From Candidatus Micrarchaeia archaeon (GTDB taxonomy: Archaea > Micrarchaeota > Micrarchaeia > Micrarchaeales > Micrarchaeaceae), in assembly GCA_049964795.1 (NCBI GenBank), contig JBMFWY010000009.1, positions 1-37,267 of the forward strand: a stretch of DNA of 37,267 nucleotides, given 5' to 3'. The position numbers and the translations under genes are program-made. Under the pieces are notes generated by a model. It was not told the DNA's origin. It worked only from the letters and a program-made list of their open reading frames with translations, and did not search any database. Each line of letters begins with the position of its first letter. Position 1 is the first letter of the stretch. Below are positions 9,407 through 19,757 of this stretch, piece by piece.

Positions 9407-10327
9407 CTAGACCGTTATATGCAAAACATATCTTGCATAGAAACCGAGAAGTATCGTGACCGACGCTGCACCTAATGATATAAGTAAGGATTCGGCCACG
9501 CGCTTAGCAATGCTTTGGCCGCTAAGTATCGCGATTATTGATGAAGTAGTCGCAAGCACCAGGCTAGTGAGAAGCACCGAATAGGCAATTCCGTACAAGC
9601 CCCCTATGCCTAAAGCGAAAGGCGCAATAGGGAACGCTGCCCCGCAGAAATAAAATATACCTGTATAGAGTGCGGAGAGGCCAGGCTTTCTTCCGCGACC
9701 CGAAGCGCTTATGTTTTTCTCGTACTTCGTGGACAGGTATGCCCCTCCTGACATCGACAGTGTACCTGAGATCGCGACAAGCATCCCTGCTATGAGCACG
9801 AGAACGGGCAAGCGCAGTGCCGCGCTGAACCCCACTACAGCGGCAAGCACTTCGACAAGCCCGTCGTTCATGCCAAATACTACATCGCGAATATTGTTGA
9901 GCACTGGGCTCAGGGAAAGAAGTATATGGCTCAGCACGTCTTCGGTGCGTTCCCCTTTTTCCATGAGGTGCAAAAGCGCAGCTTCGCCTCTCCCAAACTT
10001 GAACCGCCTCATTGCAAGCGAGAGCTTCTTGTCTGTAATTAGCTTGTTATATTCCATGAGTTTTATTGTAAAAGCTATGCCGAACAGCTTGCGTGAAATC
10101 ATTATCAGAAGAATCCGAAAAAAGTTGTTCCTCTTCCGCACCCCGAAGCCGTTCATCCTTAGAAGCTTCTTAAGTATCTCTGAGTGGCCCCTCTCTATTA
10201 TGTATAGATGCGAAAGGGTTTTCCTTATCTCACTGTTTTTCTCTTCCTTCTCCAGGATGCCATAGACTTGCGAGTGGAATTCTTCGTCCTGTTGGAGGCT
10301 CTGTATGTATTCTTTCTTGCTCTGCAT
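9407..10327 (-). CDS. VIT1/CCC1 family Fe/Mn transporter with N-terminal ferritin-like domain
   Basis: RDVVFGMNDGLVE and GTLSMSGGAYLS VIT1 motifs; N-terminal E..H and ERGH residues. Start placed at MQSKKEY (ORF track extends to 10426). Confidence 0.88.
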   Translation of the reverse strand: MQSKKEYIQSLQQDEEFHSQVYGILEKEEKNSEIRKTLSHLYIIERGHSEILKKLLRMNGFGVRKRNNFFRILLIMISRKLFGIAFTIKLMEYNKLITDKKLSLAMRRFKFGRGEAALLHLMEKGERTEDVLSHILLSLSPVLNNIRDVVFGMNDGLVEVLAAVVGFSAALRLPVLVLIAGMLVAISGTLSMSGGAYLSTKYEKNISASGRGRKPGLSALYTGIFYFCGAAFPIAPFALGIGGLYGIAYSVLLTSLVLATTSSIIAILSGQSIAKRVAESLLISLGAASVTILLGFYARYVLHITV

Positions 10328-10500
10328 GGTACGGATTTGGAAAGCAACATTTAATATGTTTCGCGAGTTGGAGCCGAAAGGAGAATGCGGATTCTTGGAA
10401 AGCCCTGAAGGCAGTTGCATGCGCATGCGAAAGCGCTTTTTGCCTCTTCAAAAGTAAAAAATAAATAGATGTTTTTGCATATTATATATTGGGTGATAGC

Positions 10501-10950
10501 ATGGTTGCCAGGAAGAATAGGTCTACCGGAAGGTGGCTGATGCCGGGATTTTCGGAGTTCTATCCGGAGAGGCTTGACAGGTATTTTGACGAGTTTTTCC
10601 ACATGCCAAGCCGCTTGCTCTCCGAGTTTGCAAAGATGCCGGATATCGACCTCATAGATGAGGGCGACCATATAACAGTAAAGGCGGACATTCCGGGAGT
10701 CAAAAAAGAGGACATAAAGCTCAGGGTCGACAAATCAAGGATAACAATAAGCGCCGAGACCAAAAAGGAGAAGGAGGAGAAGAGCAAGAACTACTACTTC
10801 AGCGAGCGCGCAGCTTCTAGCTATTTCAGGAACGTGCAATTGCCAAGCGAGGTTGTGCCGGACAGCGCAGAAGCAAAGTTTGAAGACGGAACTCTTGAGA
10901 TAAACTTGAAGAAGGCCAAGGAAGAAGGCAAGGAGGTAACTGTCAAGTAA
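10501..10950 (+). CDS. small heat-shock protein Hsp20
   Basis: Alpha-crystallin motifs ADIPGVKKEDI, ER...YFR-V-LP, AKFEDGTLEI; GGTGA SD before ATG 10501. Confidence 0.96.
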   Translation: MVARKNRSTGRWLMPGFSEFYPERLDRYFDEFFHMPSRLLSEFAKMPDIDLIDEGDHITVKADIPGVKKEDIKLRVDKSRITISAETKKEKEEKSKNYYFSERAASSYFRNVQLPSEVVPDSAEAKFEDGTLEINLKKAKEEGKEVTVK

Positions 10951-10981
10951 AGGGCAGCGGCTTTTTGTCTCTTTTTTCTTT

Positions 10982-11635
10982 GCTGCTGATTCCGCGGCAA
11001 ACGGCCTGCTTACGATGCCCGCAATCGCCCTCGAAACGCTTCCGCCTTCCGTGGTAGGCTTCGTCTTTGTGGGCATATTCATAGGCGGGCTCGTGCCTGC
11101 AGCGATAATGGCAATAGCTTCTGCAAACCTTCTAACCAAAAACGTCGTGATGCCTTTCAAGAAGCTGAGCCAGGAGGGCCAGACAAAGCTTGCGAAATGG
11201 CTTACCGCCGCAATCATCTTCATAGCCCTTGGCTTTGTATTCGTGGTGAATCCAACATACGCAATACAGTTGCAGCTTCTTGGAGGTATAATCATAACGC
11301 AAACGCTTCCTGCGGTATTTCTAGGCCTGTATTCCAGAAAATTGGACTGGAAGGCGCTTATCGCGGGCTGGATAGTGGGCATAGGAGCAGGCGTGTGGCT
11401 TGTCCTGCTTGCAAACCATTTCCACACGCTTACGACTTCGATTTATCCTACTCCACTGGGTCCGCTGTTCATAGGGATAATAGCGCTGACATTGAACATC
11501 ATTGTAGCTGTAGCAGGCTCCTGGATTGTCAATGTGCTTGGAGCGAGGAGGGAAGGCGTTATCAGGGAAGCGGAATTGCTGATAGAGGAAGAATCGTTGC
11601 TGAAGCGGGGAGCACATCCTCAAGGCAGGAGGTGA
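10982..11635 (+). pseudogene. C-terminal fragment of a sodium:solute symporter (SSF)
   Basis: LVPAAIMAIASANLLTKNV and IQLQLLGGIIITQTLPA match the C-terminal half of SSF transporters. Only ~210 aa, begins ~30 nt after the hsp20 stop, no SD. Confidence 0.7.
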
Positions 11636-11845
11636 AAAGCGGCGCTGATTTTGTTCCGCGTTGCTGAAACGCACTAAATCCATAGGCTGCGCCAGCTTCC
11701 TTCCGATAAATTATTAAGCGTTTAATTCCAAGTTCCAAAGCATTTGGATTTGATGGCTCGATCGCAACGGCTTGCTTGCCCTCCTATTTGAATTTGATGG
11801 CGAGCATGCGCGATTGCTGAATAGCTTCAATTATGAGGTGCATAA

Positions 11846-12739
11846 ATGGATCTGACAATCGTGAGGTTTGCAAGCTTGATAGCAATATCGCTAATATATA
11901 TGCTTTTTGACGTTTTCAATCGCAGGAACATCCCAAGCGCTTTTGCGTATGCTTCTGTAATCTACGGCGCGATTCTTACCTTGCTGTACCTAAACATCGC
12001 GATGATAGCAGAAAGCGCAGGTATAGCCCTTTTGGTGCTTGGTGCGGGATATCTTATTTACAAGTATGGCCAGCTGGGAGCAGCAGACGTCACGGAATTT
12101 GCTGCGCTCTCATTAATCCTGCCGATTCAGGGCATCCCCTTGCTCTACCATGCAAACCAGCTAAGCTTGCCCTTCATTATCTCGCTCATAATTAACAGCG
12201 GCATAGCTTCGTTTTTCATAATACTTGTATACTACCTGCCGAAGGCGAAGAAGAATTCGGAGAAGCCGCTGCTTTCCTACATTTCGCAATACGATCTGAT
12301 AAAAGCGACGGTGATAGCTGTTGCATACCTGTTTTTCATTTTCTTCCTGTCTTCTTATACGGGATTTTACCTTCCGGGAGTTGCAATGCTCTCCCTGATA
12401 GCAATTGTCTCAATAGCCATAATGCTTTTTGAGAAGCCATTGACCAACACGATGATTTCCTACATAACCGTGAAGGATTTCGAGGAAGGGGATATAATAG
12501 CGTTTAACCTGATGAGCAAAGAGGAAATAGAAAGGCTCAGGCAACGCATACCGAATTTTGGCAGGCTTGTCGATCAAAAGCTCATCACGGAGATGAAAAA
12601 GCTCAAGATAGAAATGAAGATACCGGTATACAAGGCGGCAATGCCTCTTGCATTGCCCATATTTATCGGAGTGTGCCTGTCGCTTCTTTTCGGCGACCTG
12701 ATACTTTTCATGCTCCCCTTAATTTACCTTTTACCCTGA
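11846..12739 (+). CDS. prepilin/prearchaellin peptidase (A24, PibD/FlaK-like)
   Basis: First Asp in FDVFNRRNIP, GAAD second catalytic Asp, C-terminal P-A-PI motif; polytopic; GAGGTG SD. Confidence 0.85.
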   Translation: MDLTIVRFASLIAISLIYMLFDVFNRRNIPSAFAYASVIYGAILTLLYLNIAMIAESAGIALLVLGAGYLIYKYGQLGAADVTEFAALSLILPIQGIPLLYHANQLSLPFIISLIINSGIASFFIILVYYLPKAKKNSEKPLLSYISQYDLIKATVIAVAYLFFIFFLSSYTGFYLPGVAMLSLIAIVSIAIMLFEKPLTNTMISYITVKDFEEGDIIAFNLMSKEEIERLRQRIPNFGRLVDQKLITEMKKLKIEMKIPVYKAAMPLALPIFIGVCLSLLFGDLILFMLPLIYLLP

Positions 12740-12800
12740 TGCAAAACCTGCTCGCTATATCATTTATACTTTTGCGCCTTAAAGGCTTATTGCAAACACT

Positions 12801-13691
12801 TTGCGCGGTTTTATTATGCAGTCAAGCAAAAAGTTTCAAAATTCGCCGGGCTTGGCGTCCAAAGGCCTTTCTTTTGCCTTCTTTGGCTATGATTACTTCG
12901 ATGCGCCTACCAATATGGCAATAGACGAAACCCTTAAAAAGCTCAGCGAGCAGACGGGCCTTGCATTCATACGCTTCTACAGCTTCTCCAAGCCGGCTAT
13001 AATACTCTCTATTTCAGACAGCATAAAATGCCTGAAGCAGGGCTATGGAAGCTCAAATGACATAGAGGTTACAAGAAGGCAAAGCGGCGGGAAGCCCATC
13101 TATGTGGATGAAAATGTGCTTGCCTACAGCATTTCTGGCCCAACATCTACAAGCCAGACAAAGGATTTCGGCTCCATGGATTTTGTGCACAGGTATTTCG
13201 GCTCTAGGGCCTCTTTGGCGATAGCGAAATATTCAGGCTCCGACAATATAGAGACAGGAGAAGTATACAGCATAAAAGCAATGGGCAAGCCTCTTGCGGG
13301 GCATGCGCAGAATCCTACAATCGGCAAGTCTTTTTTTTACCACGGGGTTATCGCCATGCGGGCATGGAACTTCGAAAGGATAAACAGGCTTTTGAGAATG
13401 CGGCCCGGAGATTATGACGAGCTCAAAATCCTGCCTAGCGTGGAATCGATAAGCGCTGAAACTCGCGGCACATTCGATTTGGAGCACGCTAAGTCCGATT
13501 TGGCCAAGGAGCTGCTGGCCCAGATCTCGGAAGGCAATTATCAAGGCATGGGTGATGAGGAAAAAAAGAAGGTGCTGGATTCGGCAAGAATGCTTGCAGA
13601 CTCAAAGTATAGAAATGAAGAGTGGATAAAAAACGGCAACGGGGGCACGCTGCGCGAAGATTCTGCATTCTGCCTGCTTTACACGGGCTAG
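12801..13691 (+). CDS. biotin/lipoate-protein ligase family catalytic domain (LplA/LipM-like), divergent
   Basis: NMAIDE, RRQSGG, G-AQ and YHG motifs; start may be ATG 12816. Confidence 0.8.
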   Translation: MRGFIMQSSKKFQNSPGLASKGLSFAFFGYDYFDAPTNMAIDETLKKLSEQTGLAFIRFYSFSKPAIILSISDSIKCLKQGYGSSNDIEVTRRQSGGKPIYVDENVLAYSISGPTSTSQTKDFGSMDFVHRYFGSRASLAIAKYSGSDNIETGEVYSIKAMGKPLAGHAQNPTIGKSFFYHGVIAMRAWNFERINRLLRMRPGDYDELKILPSVESISAETRGTFDLEHAKSDLAKELLAQISEGNYQGMGDEEKKKVLDSARMLADSKYRNEEWIKNGNGGTLREDSAFCLLYTG

Positions 13692-13708
13692 CCGCTATAA
13701 AAACCTAG

Positions 13709-14782
13709 CTAGCTCTTTTCTTCTTCAACCAGCAATTTGAGGAGCTTGTGGGCAGGCCCCAAAATCCATTGCGAGCCGCCTGCGTAGACGTTTGAGAATA
13801 TCGCAACGCTAGCTTCATTGTCCAGATCCCTTGCAATGACAGAGGTAAACCCTTCCCAGCTTCCCGTGTGCTCTGCCAGCTTTTTGCCTCTGCCGCTTCT
13901 TATGAACCACCCAAAGCCGTAGCCGTATTCGTTTCCCTTGATTGGAGCCTTTATGCTGAACATCTCCTGAATAGATTCCTTGCGCAACAGCTTGCTTCCG
14001 TATAAGGCTGCATCCCACTTTGCAATATCAATGATGCTCGAATACAATGCACCATCGGCAAGCATGCCAAATGCATCCGCAACGAATCTGGCGTTTGCAA
14101 AACCTCCGCTTTTTTTTATAAGTTCGTAGCCTTTTGCCCTGTTGTACACTATTTCCCTGTAGCTGTGCACCCCTGTAGAGCTCATGCCAAGAGGCTTGAA
14201 TATCTCATTTTCTAGGAAGCGGTAATACTCAATGCCCGACACCTCTTTTATTATAAAGCCCAGTAGCGCGTAATTGGTGTTTGAATAGGAAAACCTTTTG
14301 CCGTGGCGAAATTCGACAGGCAGCTTGCAGATATTTTCAAAAATTTCCTGTTCGCTCGCCTCGCGGCTTAGGTCGAAAAGCTTGCCGGGCACGTAGCCGG
14401 AATACTTTCTGCCCAAATAGTCTGCTATTCCAGAACTGTGCGACAGCAATTCGGCAACTGTTATGCTTTTCAGCCTTGCAGGCACTTTACCAAAAAAATC
14501 GGCAAGAGTGTCATCGAGCTTCAGTCTGCCTTTCTCGCTAAGCTTGAGAATTGCCGCCGCGGTGAACGCCTTGCTCATCGAGCCGATCCTAAAAGGCATT
14601 GCAGGATTGGCAGGAATGCCGAATTCAAGATCTGCTGCGCCAGAGCCTTCGGCAAAAACGATTCTGCCCTTTTTGAACGTGCCTGCGACAACGCCGGGCG
14701 CCTTGTGCTTCGCCATCGCGTCTTCCAATATTTTTCTTGCCCTGCTATTTTCTGCCAATCCCTCCAAATTACCCACTGCCAA
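13709..14782 (-). CDS. serine hydrolase, beta-lactamase/PBP class C family
   Basis: SxxK (SMSK), LLSHSSG, YSN and HTG motifs. Confidence 0.93.
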   Translation of the reverse strand: MAVGNLEGLAENSRARKILEDAMAKHKAPGVVAGTFKKGRIVFAEGSGAADLEFGIPANPAMPFRIGSMSKAFTAAAILKLSEKGRLKLDDTLADFFGKVPARLKSITVAELLSHSSGIADYLGRKYSGYVPGKLFDLSREASEQEIFENICKLPVEFRHGKRFSYSNTNYALLGFIIKEVSGIEYYRFLENEIFKPLGMSSTGVHSYREIVYNRAKGYELIKKSGGFANARFVADAFGMLADGALYSSIIDIAKWDAALYGSKLLRKESIQEMFSIKAPIKGNEYGYGFGWFIRSGRGKKLAEHTGSWEGFTSVIARDLDNEASVAIFSNVYAGGSQWILGPAHKLLKLLVEEEKS

Positions 14783-14825
14783 AGCAAAACACCTGCCGAT
14801 TGCCCTTGTTGCCGCAACCGGAAAG

Positions 14826-15389
14826 CTACTGCTTCTTAATCGACAATACCTTTATGTTAAACACGAGGGTCTTGCCTGCAAGCGGCGAGTTGAAGTTTAT
14901 TGTCGCGTTGGTGGCGTTTATAGCTTCTATCTCCCCCTGGCTGCCTGTTATAGTCGTGATTACCTCTCCGACTTTTGGTGTATTATTCCTGAAGACCGAA
15001 ATAGGCACAACTATTATCCTGCTCTGATTAACATACCCATATCCTTCGCTGGGAGGTATTTCTACCGTCTTGCTTTCGCCTACTTTCATGCCTATTACTG
15101 CATTTTGGAAACCGGATATCACCTGATTTGCTCCCACTGTGAAGTTAAATGGCGTTCCGCCGACATTCGTGCTGAACACTGTGCCATTGGTGAAGCTTCC
15201 CGTATAGTATACGCTTACAGTGTCTCCGGCTACAACTGTTGGAACATCCAAAATGTAGAATGCAAACGCCGCGGCCGCGATTATTGCCACTGCTATCGCG
15301 GCAATATATGCATTTCTGCGTCCGTATGCCTGCCTTTTCTCCTTTTTTGCTGTTTCTTCCTTAGATCCATTAGCTCCGTCTTTTTCCAT
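14826..15389 (-). CDS. membrane-anchored FKBP-type peptidyl-prolyl isomerase with IF insertion
   Basis: GDTVSVYYTG...G-VF-TN, VG-NQVI-GF, IPP-EGYG, N-PLAGKTLVF; N-terminal TM helix. Confidence 0.92.
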   Translation of the reverse strand: MEKDGANGSKEETAKKEKRQAYGRRNAYIAAIAVAIIAAAAFAFYILDVPTVVAGDTVSVYYTGSFTNGTVFSTNVGGTPFNFTVGANQVISGFQNAVIGMKVGESKTVEIPPSEGYGYVNQSRIIVVPISVFRNNTPKVGEVITTITGSQGEIEAINATNATINFNSPLAGKTLVFNIKVLSIKKQ

Positions 15390-15482
15390 ATGGGCACCTA
15401 TCGATTGCGATATAAAGCATTTTTAGCAAAAGTATAAAAGGCATAGCCTATTCTGCATGGAAAAGGTAAAGGCCATTTCAAA

Positions 15483-17126
15483 TCAGGTCTTGTAAACGGT
15501 ATAAGTTGTGTTTGTTGTCACATTAGGCAGTGGCACCAAGAGGCTAAATAGCGTGTGATTGAGCAGGTAACGCGGGTATGGCGGTTGGGTATATATAGAC
15601 ACAAGATTGCACTTGCTGGCTAGCGTATTGTCCGTAACGGTAATTAGATAATCATTTTGTTTTATTATAGTGCAGTTAAGTTCGTTTATACCTGTCCAGG
15701 ATATGTTGTAATTGTAATCTGTAAATGAAAGTATAGGTAAAGGCATTGCATTATTATAATCAACCGTCAATATTGAAGAACCTTTAGGCAAGGTATTTAC
15801 AAACTTTCCTATGTTGTAGAAGGGATATTCGTAAGAGTACATAGATATCTTAATAGAATTGACCTGCACTAGGTCATTCGCCACAATGGCGCCAAGTAGT
15901 ATTGCAACTGCCGCTACTTTGATATAATAGGACTTGCCCTTTTTTCCTTTCACTTTCTCCTTTGCATTTTTCACCTTGTTTTGTTTTTCGAATGGGTGAC
16001 CTTCAAGAAAGTCTGCCATTGCCATGCCTATAAGCAGCGTGGCAGATGGCGCAAGTATAAGCAGATACCTTGTAACAGGTATGCCCATATCTATCTGAAG
16101 ATAGGAGGTTAAGCTCATGGTGCCAAAACACAAGTACAAGAATATTGACAAAACCCAGACTGCGGGCAGCGACGCCTTCCTGTCTTTGTAGATTATTGCT
16201 ATAGCGCCTGCTGCCACCAAAAGGTAGTAATAGAAGCCTGTCTCCGCCATGCTCAGGTTAAAAAGCCCTTTGTTTGCTTTGTTGGTTAGAAACATATATT
16301 CTATATAATTCTCCAAGCCATAAAATGGAGACACTTTTACATTTCCAAGAAGCGCATGCTGGGTAGTAGAATTATAATTGTTGATTAGAGCAGTAGGCAC
16401 ATATTGGGGCGTTCCAAAAGCGAAAAAGCTGAATGCCATAATCACCAATATTGCAAATCCCACACCCAGCAGCGACATCATCAATAGCTTTGCATAATGC
16501 AAGTTTCCCCTATGCCGCACGACGAGATACCCTAATATGAGGAGTAGGGGCAAAAAGCTCAATACTTCTTCAGAAACGGATAGTATGCCCAGTATGGCAA
16601 CAAAGCCTGCGGATAAAGACAGCAAATAAGCATTCCTATTGCTTTTTGCATACAAAGCATATATAAGAAGAAGCATCGATAGTGCCGCGAAGAAAGCCAT
16701 TATTACATCGTCGCCGCCTCTTGAAACCTCTTCTATCCCCAAAGGGAAAAGCGCATAAAGCAGCGCGGAAGCAAGGCCTGCAGTGTAGCCGCTTAGTTTT
16801 TTGCCCAAAAAGAAAATCACAAGAATTGTGAAAGCATACATGATAGATGCGTACATTATATAAGAGGCATTGCTTGGTCCCAAAAGCCAAAAGAACAGTG
16901 CAACGCCGCCGTAAGTAAGATATTTGACACCATCTATGCCCTGATACATGAGGTGGGCAAACCCCTGGGTTTCAAGCATATGGCCGTAAATGCTGTAAAA
17001 CTGTTCGTCGAGACCTGCGGCCCCATAGAATCCGTGAAATGCAGTTGCAAAGAAAAGCAGTATGATTGTAGCCAAAGCAAGCCCAACGAAAACTTTTTTG
17101 TAGCGCTTTAGCACATATACCACCAA
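15483..17126 (-). CDS. GT-C fold membrane glycosyltransferase (ArnT/PMT-like)
   Basis: DE motif after TM1 (LDEQFY), many TM helices, RYLL-L-P motif; visibly AT-richer than neighbours. Confidence 0.78.
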   Translation of the reverse strand: MVVYVLKRYKKVFVGLALATIILLFFATAFHGFYGAAGLDEQFYSIYGHMLETQGFAHLMYQGIDGVKYLTYGGVALFFWLLGPSNASYIMYASIMYAFTILVIFFLGKKLSGYTAGLASALLYALFPLGIEEVSRGGDDVIMAFFAALSMLLLIYALYAKSNRNAYLLSLSAGFVAILGILSVSEEVLSFLPLLLILGYLVVRHRGNLHYAKLLMMSLLGVGFAILVIMAFSFFAFGTPQYVPTALINNYNSTTQHALLGNVKVSPFYGLENYIEYMFLTNKANKGLFNLSMAETGFYYYLLVAAGAIAIIYKDRKASLPAVWVLSIFLYLCFGTMSLTSYLQIDMGIPVTRYLLILAPSATLLIGMAMADFLEGHPFEKQNKVKNAKEKVKGKKGKSYYIKVAAVAILLGAIVANDLVQVNSIKISMYSYEYPFYNIGKFVNTLPKGSSILTVDYNNAMPLPILSFTDYNYNISWTGINELNCTIIKQNDYLITVTDNTLASKCNLVSIYTQPPYPRYLLNHTLFSLLVPLPNVTTNTTYTVYKT

Positions 17127-17451
17127 TGAATTACGATTTAGATAAATAGAGGGAAACTATAAATTCCTTATGTGGCACGCCTCCTGCGAATAAGCTGCAA
17201 TTGAATTTCCGCAAGCTTGCAAATGCGGGCATTTCCAAACTCCCACTTTTTCCGTTTTTCCATAACCTTTTTATATTATTTCTTAGCAGTACTAACCAGA
17301 GAAAAAGTCGCATTCATGATGATGGCTATGTTACATATTACACTTATTAATAAAAATAAAACCTTTTCCGAAATCGGAAGAGGAGTCGATCAGATAAGTG
17401 CAGTGGTAGCCATAATCCAAGAATAGAGCGGCTTTTTCTTGAGTTGGTTTT

Positions 17452-19032
17452 ATGGCTAAGTCATATGTAGACATTGTAAAATACATGATAGAGGCAAGAT
17501 TCGAAGTAAGCGGGATGGTAGACAAGCCCGACATAATAGGCGCGATTTTTGGGCAGACAGAAGGGCTTCTTGGAGGAGACCTTGACCTGCGCGAATTGCA
17601 GAAGAACGGCAAGATTGGCAGGATAGAGATAGAAAGTGGCACCTCGGAAAGCAAGACTTACGGAAAGCTTTCTCTTCCGACTTCGCTAAATAGGGTAGAG
17701 ACTTGCATACTTGCTTCCGCGATAGAATCCGTAGATAGGGTAGGGCCATTTGAGACTTCTTTCAAGATAGAGAAAGTCGTTGATACAAGAAGCGAAAAGA
17801 GGGCAAAGATAATATCCAGGGCAAAAGATTTACTGAAAACATTGCTTGAAACGGAGCTTCCGGACAGCAAGGAGCTCAGCGAACTTGTCGAGTCAGATGT
17901 AAAGCTCAGCGAGATAACAACGTATGGGCCGGAGAAGCTTCCTGCAGGTCCTGATATAGACAAAAGTACAGAGCTGATACTTGTAGAAGGAAGGGCTGAT
18001 GTTGTCAATCTGCTCAGGAATGATATAACAAACTGCATCGCGGTAGGCGGCGCTTCAGGAACCGTGCCGCAGACAATAATCGCGCTCTGCAACACGAAAG
18101 ATGTCACTCTTTTCGTTGATGGAGACAGAGGAGGAGAACTGATTATGCGCAGCGTAATGAACGTTGCGGAAATAGACTTCCTAGCGCGCGCGCCTGACGG
18201 CAAAGAGGTAGAGGAGCTTACAAGGAAAGAGATTATCAAGGCTTTGCGCTCGCGCATACCTATAGAGCAGGTTGTCTCAAGGAATGGCAGGCAGGCAAGC
18301 CATGCACAAGCGCCGCATTTCGCGGAGCAGCAAAGGCATGAGCGCGAAGAGGTGCAACAAACATTTTCTTCGCCAAGCCAGGCAGGCATGCAGCAGAGGA
18401 ACCAATTTGGTGCGAGGCAGCAGCATTCATTCGCGCAACAGCCTCAGCAAGCACAGCAAACGCAAAGTGCGCCGCAACAGGCAAGGCAGGCGCCTTATGC
18501 ACAACGCGGCGATGAGCATGTACCAAGCCCTTCCGAGATAAGGGACAATCTTTTCTCGCACAACAGGCAGGGAAATGAAGGAGAAGGAAGAAGAGAGCGC
18601 CCAAGCAATTCGTTTTCTCCTTCAAACAGGAGCCTTGGCATAAAGGACTTGAGTGAAAATGAAAACGGCGAAGAGGATCGCGCCGCTACGGGAATGGGCA
18701 GCCTGCCCAGCATACAGATGTCGCCTGAAGCGTCTATAAGTGTATCGGAAGTGCTAATAAGTGCTTTGGACGAGCTCAAGAACAGGCTGAGAGGAAGGCT
18801 TTATGATTCGAAGAACAGCATGATAGTGGAGAAGCCGATAAGCGAACTTATACAGGCTGTGCAGGATACGCCAGACGTTAATGCCATAGTGTTTGATGGT
18901 ATAATAACGCAGAGACTTGTGGAGCTTGCACACAGAAAGGGAGTAAAGATGATATATGGCACAAGAGCAAGCCAGCTTTCGAGAAAGTATGATGACATGC
19001 TGCTGTATACACGCGAGAGCGGCAAGCTTTGA
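17452..19032 (+). CDS. dnaG: archaeal DnaG (primase-like, exosome-associated)
   Basis: DIIGAIFGQTEGLLG, TOPRIM motifs VEGRADV and DGDRGG, C-terminal VFDGIITQRL. Confidence 0.96.
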   Translation: MAKSYVDIVKYMIEARFEVSGMVDKPDIIGAIFGQTEGLLGGDLDLRELQKNGKIGRIEIESGTSESKTYGKLSLPTSLNRVETCILASAIESVDRVGPFETSFKIEKVVDTRSEKRAKIISRAKDLLKTLLETELPDSKELSELVESDVKLSEITTYGPEKLPAGPDIDKSTELILVEGRADVVNLLRNDITNCIAVGGASGTVPQTIIALCNTKDVTLFVDGDRGGELIMRSVMNVAEIDFLARAPDGKEVEELTRKEIIKALRSRIPIEQVVSRNGRQASHAQAPHFAEQQRHEREEVQQTFSSPSQAGMQQRNQFGARQQHSFAQQPQQAQQTQSAPQQARQAPYAQRGDEHVPSPSEIRDNLFSHNRQGNEGEGRRERPSNSFSPSNRSLGIKDLSENENGEEDRAATGMGSLPSIQMSPEASISVSEVLISALDELKNRLRGRLYDSKNSMIVEKPISELIQAVQDTPDVNAIVFDGIITQRLVELAHRKGVKMIYGTRASQLSRKYDDMLLYTRESGKL

Positions 19033-19059
19033 GCTTGCGCTCGTCTCTTTCTTTTCTTT
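19033..19059 (+). terminator. probable terminator after dnaG
   Basis: Short GAGC/GCTC hairpin followed by a T-rich tract. Confidence 0.4.
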
Positions 19060-19245
19060 GCCTTCCTGTTTCTGAGCTTTGTCTTGGGCTTGAAGGAAAT
19101 TGCATTGCCGCCGATGCTTAAATGCAAGCTCGGCGTGGAGCGCGCTTGCGCTGCGAACCATACTTAAATTCTAGCCAAGCTTTTGTTTAGGCTTCGGCTT
19201 GCCAAAAGTAGTAGTCAAAAAGCAGCGCATCGTCTCGGAGTGACG

Positions 19246-19551
19246 CTATACTACCTCTATGTTCTGCTCGTTATAGCCTAAATTGGCCAGCGCCTTTTTC
19301 GCTTCGAGCTTGTGGTTGCCCTGCAACTCTATCAGACCATCCTCATACGTGCCTCCGCAGCCGAGCACCCTTTTGAGGTTTTTTGAGGTATTTTCTATAT
19401 CTTCCGGCGATATGCCCTCGATAACAGTAAGCACCTTGTCGAACTTGGCCTTCTTGGTGTATACCTTTATCCTGTTTTCCGTTTCCTTGTCAAGGACATC
19501 GCATACGCATATGTCTTTGGGCAATCCGCATTTCGGGCAAATCTCTACCAT
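19246..19551 (-). CDS. sui1: translation initiation factor aIF1 (SUI1)
   Basis: CPKCGLPKDICVC, LKRVLGCGGT, IELQGNH. Confidence 0.96.
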   Translation of the reverse strand: MVEICPKCGLPKDICVCDVLDKETENRIKVYTKKAKFDKVLTVIEGISPEDIENTSKNLKRVLGCGGTYEDGLIELQGNHKLEAKKALANLGYNEQNIEVV

Positions 19552-19757
19552 TATTCCTTTACACCTCTTTCTCTAAAAACAGTGTTTATCCTTGCTATGC
19601 TTTTCTTTATCTCCCTGATTTTGACTACCTTGCTCTGCACGCCTGTTGCCGCAATCTTCCTTTTTTCGGCAAACATCTCAAGCATAAGCTCGTTTAGCTT
19701 CGCCCTGAGAACATTGTCCTGCATAGCCCTTATTTCTTTGATCTTTATAATAAGCAC
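19551..19757 (-). CDS. rpmC: 50S ribosomal protein L29 (start GTG 19757 or ATA 19748)
   Basis: KIKEIRAM...IREIKKSIARINTV; stop overlaps the sui1 start (TAATG), the conserved rpl29-sui1 order. Confidence 0.9.
   Translation of the reverse strand: MLIIKIKEIRAMQDNVLRAKLNELMLEMFAEKRKIAATGVQSKVVKIREIKKSIARINTVFRERGVKE

Noticed and set aside
14463-15437. 324-aa plus-strand ORF (also 23790-24671, 17658-18389, 10735-11427 and similar)
   Set aside because: Antisense shadows of well-supported genes.
17316-17413. ATGATGA C-box-like motif and ATGGCTA/TAGCCAT repeat upstream of dnaG as a C/D sRNA
   Set aside because: No CTGA D box on the same strand at a suitable distance.
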